From Mobula hypostoma (Eukaryota): a stretch of DNA of 64,000 nucleotides. Shown here piece after piece: positions 60,658 through 64,000 of this stretch. A program made the translations under genes and the position numbers. How positions within the stretch are numbered: position 1 is the first letter of the stretch; each line of letters starts with the position of its first letter. The stretch covers positions 9,362,001 through 9,426,000 of the forward strand of contig NC_086097.1 of assembly GCF_963921235.1 (NCBI RefSeq), written 5' to 3'. The notes under the pieces are model-generated. The model did no database searches. It was not told where the DNA came from and was given only the letters and a program-made list of their open reading frames with translations.

Positions 60658-61984
60658 TACATCACTGCAAAAATCTTCGGCTCATATATAGCTAGGGTGC
60701 CTAAGATTTTTGACAGTACTGTGGTAATTTTATGTATTGCACTATACTGCTGCTGCAAAAAATGATATATGTGAGTGATGATAAAACTGATTCTGATATG
60801 GGTCCCTGCTGTGAACTGAGAGTGGGAAGGAGGCCTGGAAAAGGGGAATCATGGTTGGGAAAAGGGAACGGGAGAATAGAGGGTGCAGGAAGCTCCGGAT
60901 AGACATTCTGTAATGATCAATAATGTAATGGTTTGGAAGGACAAACCAAGGTAGAACATACAGGGTTAATGGTAAGGCACTGAGGAGTGCAGTGGAACAG
61001 AGGGACCTGGGAATACAGATACAAAATTCCCTAAAAGTGGCATCACAGGTAGATAGGGTCGTAAAGAGAGCTTTTGGTACATTGGCCTTTATTAATCAAA
61101 GTGTTGAGTATAAGAGCTGGAATGTTATGATGAGGTTGTATAAGGTATTGGTGAGGCTGAATCTGGAGTATTATTTTCAGTTTTGGTCACCAAATTATAG
61201 GAAGGATATTAATAAGGTTGAAAGAGTGCAGAGAAGGTTTACAAGGATGTTGCCGGGACTTGAGAAACTCAGTTACAGAGATAGGTTGCATAGGTTAGGA
61301 CTTTATTCCCTGGAGTGTAGAAAAATGAGGGAAGATTTGATAGAGGTATATAAAATTATGATGGGTACAGATAGAGTGAATGCGAGCAGGCTTTTTCCAC
61401 TGAGGCAAGGGGAGAAAAAACCAGAGGACATGGGTTAAGGGTGAGGGGGGAAAAGTTTAAAGGGAACATTAGGGGGGGCTTCTTCACACAGAGAGTGGTG
61501 GGAGTATGGAATAAGCTGCCAGATGAGGTGGTAAATGTGGGTTCTTTTTTAACATTTAAGAATAATTTGGACAGATACATGGATGGGAGGTGTATGGAGG
61601 GATATGGTTCATGTGCTGGTCAGTGGGACTAGGCAGAAAATGATTTGGCACAGCCAAGAAGGGCTAAAAGGCCTGTTTCTGTGCTGTAGCTTTTCTATGG
61701 TTTCTATGGTTTCTAATAAACCAATTATTTGGAATCAGATGAGCTCGTCTGTTTGTCTGGTGTCTCGCGGCTGTACCCACTGCACCCCCACTGCTGGCAT
61801 TCTTTCTCTGCCACCTGTCCCACATCGCTCCCATGGTGCTCCACCTTCACCGTTCCCAACATACTTTGCTCCTGCCAGACTTACAAACTCACTTTCCCTT
61901 TCATGTTGACAGCTGCAGTACTGTGCAAAAGTCTTAGGTTCTGTAGCTATATCTATGTGTCTAGGACTTTTGCACAGTACTGTA
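60658..61984 (+). mobile_element. Composite repeat bounded by two Tc1-like palindromic MITEs, copy 3 (split by a CR1)
   Basis: Palindromes at ~60658-60722 and 61916-61982 (CAGTACTGTGCAAAAGTCTTAGG...CTAGGACTTTTGCACAGTACTG-TA). Confidence 0.7.
60935..61713 (+). mobile_element. CR1 3' fragment
   Basis: EQRDLGIQIQNSLKVASQV...; (TTTCTATGG)n tail. Confidence 0.93.
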
Positions 61985-62247
61985 CTTTCAACAGGTGAGG
62001 TGTGACCTGCTGCATGCTTATTTTTATTTAGGACTTCAAGCATTTTCAGATTGGCTAACATTTTTCAGCAGTGAAATTCAAGTATCTGATAGCACTCACT
62101 GATGCTTTCTGCAACGTCAGATTGGGTGAGCGAGAAATGTTTTGAAAGAGCCATTAAGTGAGTAAATTCAGCATGCCACATTTGCGTACAAAGATTCCAA
62201 AAAGCTTGCAATTGGAATGTTGACCAGTTTTGGTGAATGGCTAATCA

Positions 62248-63030
62248 GAAACCAAGAGGTTCTGCAGATACTGGAAATCCAGAGCAACAAACACAAAATA
62301 CTAGAGGAACTCAGTAGCTAAGGCAGTATCCATTGAAATGTATAAACCAGGGTGCCACTCTTACATTTTCTTTTCTCTTCCCCTGCCCATCATCTCACTC
62401 TGGTGTCTCTCCTCCTTTCCTTTGTCCCATGGTCTGGTCCATTCTCCTCTCCTATCAGATTCTTTCTTCTTCAGCCCTTTACGCTGTTCATTCAGCACCT
62501 CCCAGCGTCTTGTTTCGTCCTCCTCCACCCACCTTCTTATTCCGGCATGTTCCCCCTTCCTTTCTGGTCCTGAAGCAGGGTCTCAGTCCAAGATGTTGAC
62601 CATTTATACCTCTACATAGATGATGCCTGACTTGCTGAGTTTCTCCAGTATTTTGTCTGTGTTGCTTTTAAAGAATAGTCACTTCCCTAAAATACTGTAT
62701 TAATTAAGTTTGCTTTCCCATAAATGCTCTGCCGTACTGAATTTAAAGTCGTAACAACACTTATATTCCTTCTGGGTCACCTCCAAACTGATGGCATGAA
62801 TATTGATTTCTCCTTCCGGTAAAATATTTTTCCCCACTCTGGTCCCTTACCACTTCACCTTCCAGCTATTCTCCATCCCCTCCCCCCACCTTTTTATTCT
62901 GGCATCTTCCCCCTTCCTTTCCAGTCCTGGAGTAGAATCTCGGTCCAAAACATTTACTGTTTGCTCATTTCCATCGACGCTGTCTGAGCGGCTGCGTTCC
63001 TCCAACATTTTCTGTGCGTTGCTTTGGATG
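62248..63030. mobile_element. Neptune PLE terminal-repeat fragments (inverted dimer 62248-62666; plus-strand fragment ~62755-63030)
   Basis: Terminal motif GATGCCTGACTTGCTGAGTTTCTCCAG and decayed hammerheads near 62565 and 62922. Confidence 0.7.
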
Positions 63031-63233
63031 AATTGTCACTTCCCTAAATTATTGATTGAGTTTGTTCTCTCATAAATGCCCTCTGTTGTACGGATCTTAG
63101 AGCATTAGAGTTATGCAGCATGGAAGCAGGCCGATTGGCCCAACACATCCAAATGGAACAAGTTGCCGACATGAGCTGGACTTATTCACCTGCATTTGGT
63201 CCATTTTACTCTGAAACTTTCTTATTTATGCAC

Positions 63234-63522
63234 TTATTTATTTATTTATTGAGATATCGCATGGACTAGGCCCTTCCAGTCCTTCAAGCTGCACCACAGG
63301 GCAATCCCCCAATTTAATCCTATTCTAACCACAGGGCAATTTACAATGAACAACTAACCTACCAAGCGATATGTCTTTGGACTGTGGGAGGAAGTCAGAG
63401 CATCTGAAGGAAACACAAGCAGTCATGGGGAGAACGTAAAAACTCCTTACAGGTAGTGATGGGAATTGAACCCAGGTTGCCTGTACTGTAAAGTGTTAGG
63501 CTGAGAACTACACTACTGTGCC
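63234..63522 (-). mobile_element. tRNA-derived V-SINE-like SINE
   Basis: Minus strand GGCACAGTAGTGTAG...GGGTTCAATTCCC...GGAGTTTTTACGTTCTCCCCATG. (AAAT)n tail. Confidence 0.72.
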
Positions 63523-63524
63523 AT

Positions 63525-64000
63525 GTCATATCAGAATCAGAATCCTTTATTACTGCCAAGTATGTGGACACATACAGGGAATTTGATGCCAATTTCCCTG
63601 AGCTCTCGCTGTACAGAATCAAAAAGCAAACAAAACAATAGCGCAAATAATTGTGAACTATATACAATGAGGTATACCTGTGTATGTACAGGTGGACTTG
63701 GTTTATAACAGACTAAAATTCAAGTGTTCATAAGACTGATGGCATACGGAAAGAAACTGCCCTTGTACCTATTTGTCCTGGCATAGTGATCTAAAGCGCC
63801 TACCAGAAGGAAGGAGTTGGAACAGGTGATGTCCAGGGTGTGATGGATCTACAATGATGCTGCTTGCTCGCTTCCTGACTCTAGATGCATATAAGTCCTG
63901 GATCGAGGGCAGCTTCACACCAATAATCCTTTCTGCAGCCCTGACGGTTCTTTGGAGCCTATTCTTGTCTTGTTTGGTAGCTGATCCAAACCAGACAGTG
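63525..64000 (-). mobile_element. Rex1/Babar-like LINE 3' end (cut by window end)
   Basis: Antisense HPGHHLFQLLPSGRRFRS. (ATTCTG)n tail near 63530. Confidence 0.75.

Noticed and set aside
1..64000. CRISPR array or prokaryotic/viral operon
   Set aside because: No regularly spaced repeat-spacer array. The recurring 35-70 bp palindromes are dispersed transposon termini, and the content is vertebrate-type repeat DNA.

Overview
Eukaryotic, almost entirely repeat-derived DNA (intronic or intergenic). The repeat repertoire (CR1 with esterase ORF1, Rex1/Babar, V-SINE-like SINEs, Neptune Penelope-like elements) suggests a cartilaginous fish, probably a ray; this is an inference. I cannot support any host protein-coding exon, tRNA/rRNA gene or CRISPR array. 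Nearly every long ORF in the track is a retroelement fragment or its antisense shadow. Contents: many CR1 LINEs (one with an uninterrupted 697-aa RT ORF, two near full length), Rex1/Babar LINEs, two clades of Penelope-like elements (PLEs; Neptune-like and Poseidon-like), a Gypsy 3' remnant, two solo LTRs, hAT-like and Tc1-like non-autonomous DNA transposons, and SINEs. Many of these are nested, with readable target-site duplications (TSDs). The most interesting layer is RNA. (i) Minimal type-I hammerhead ribozyme motifs (CUGANGA-stem II-GAAA-CGUC) sit in the PLE terminal repeats and in short non-autonomous inverted-dimer derivatives. (ii) Two short RTE-tailed elements begin at what reads as the post-cleavage 5' end of a twister ribozyme. 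(iii) A third RTE-derived short element has a structured 5' leader of unassigned class. All alignments and folds were done by eye; boundaries without a stated TSD are approximate.
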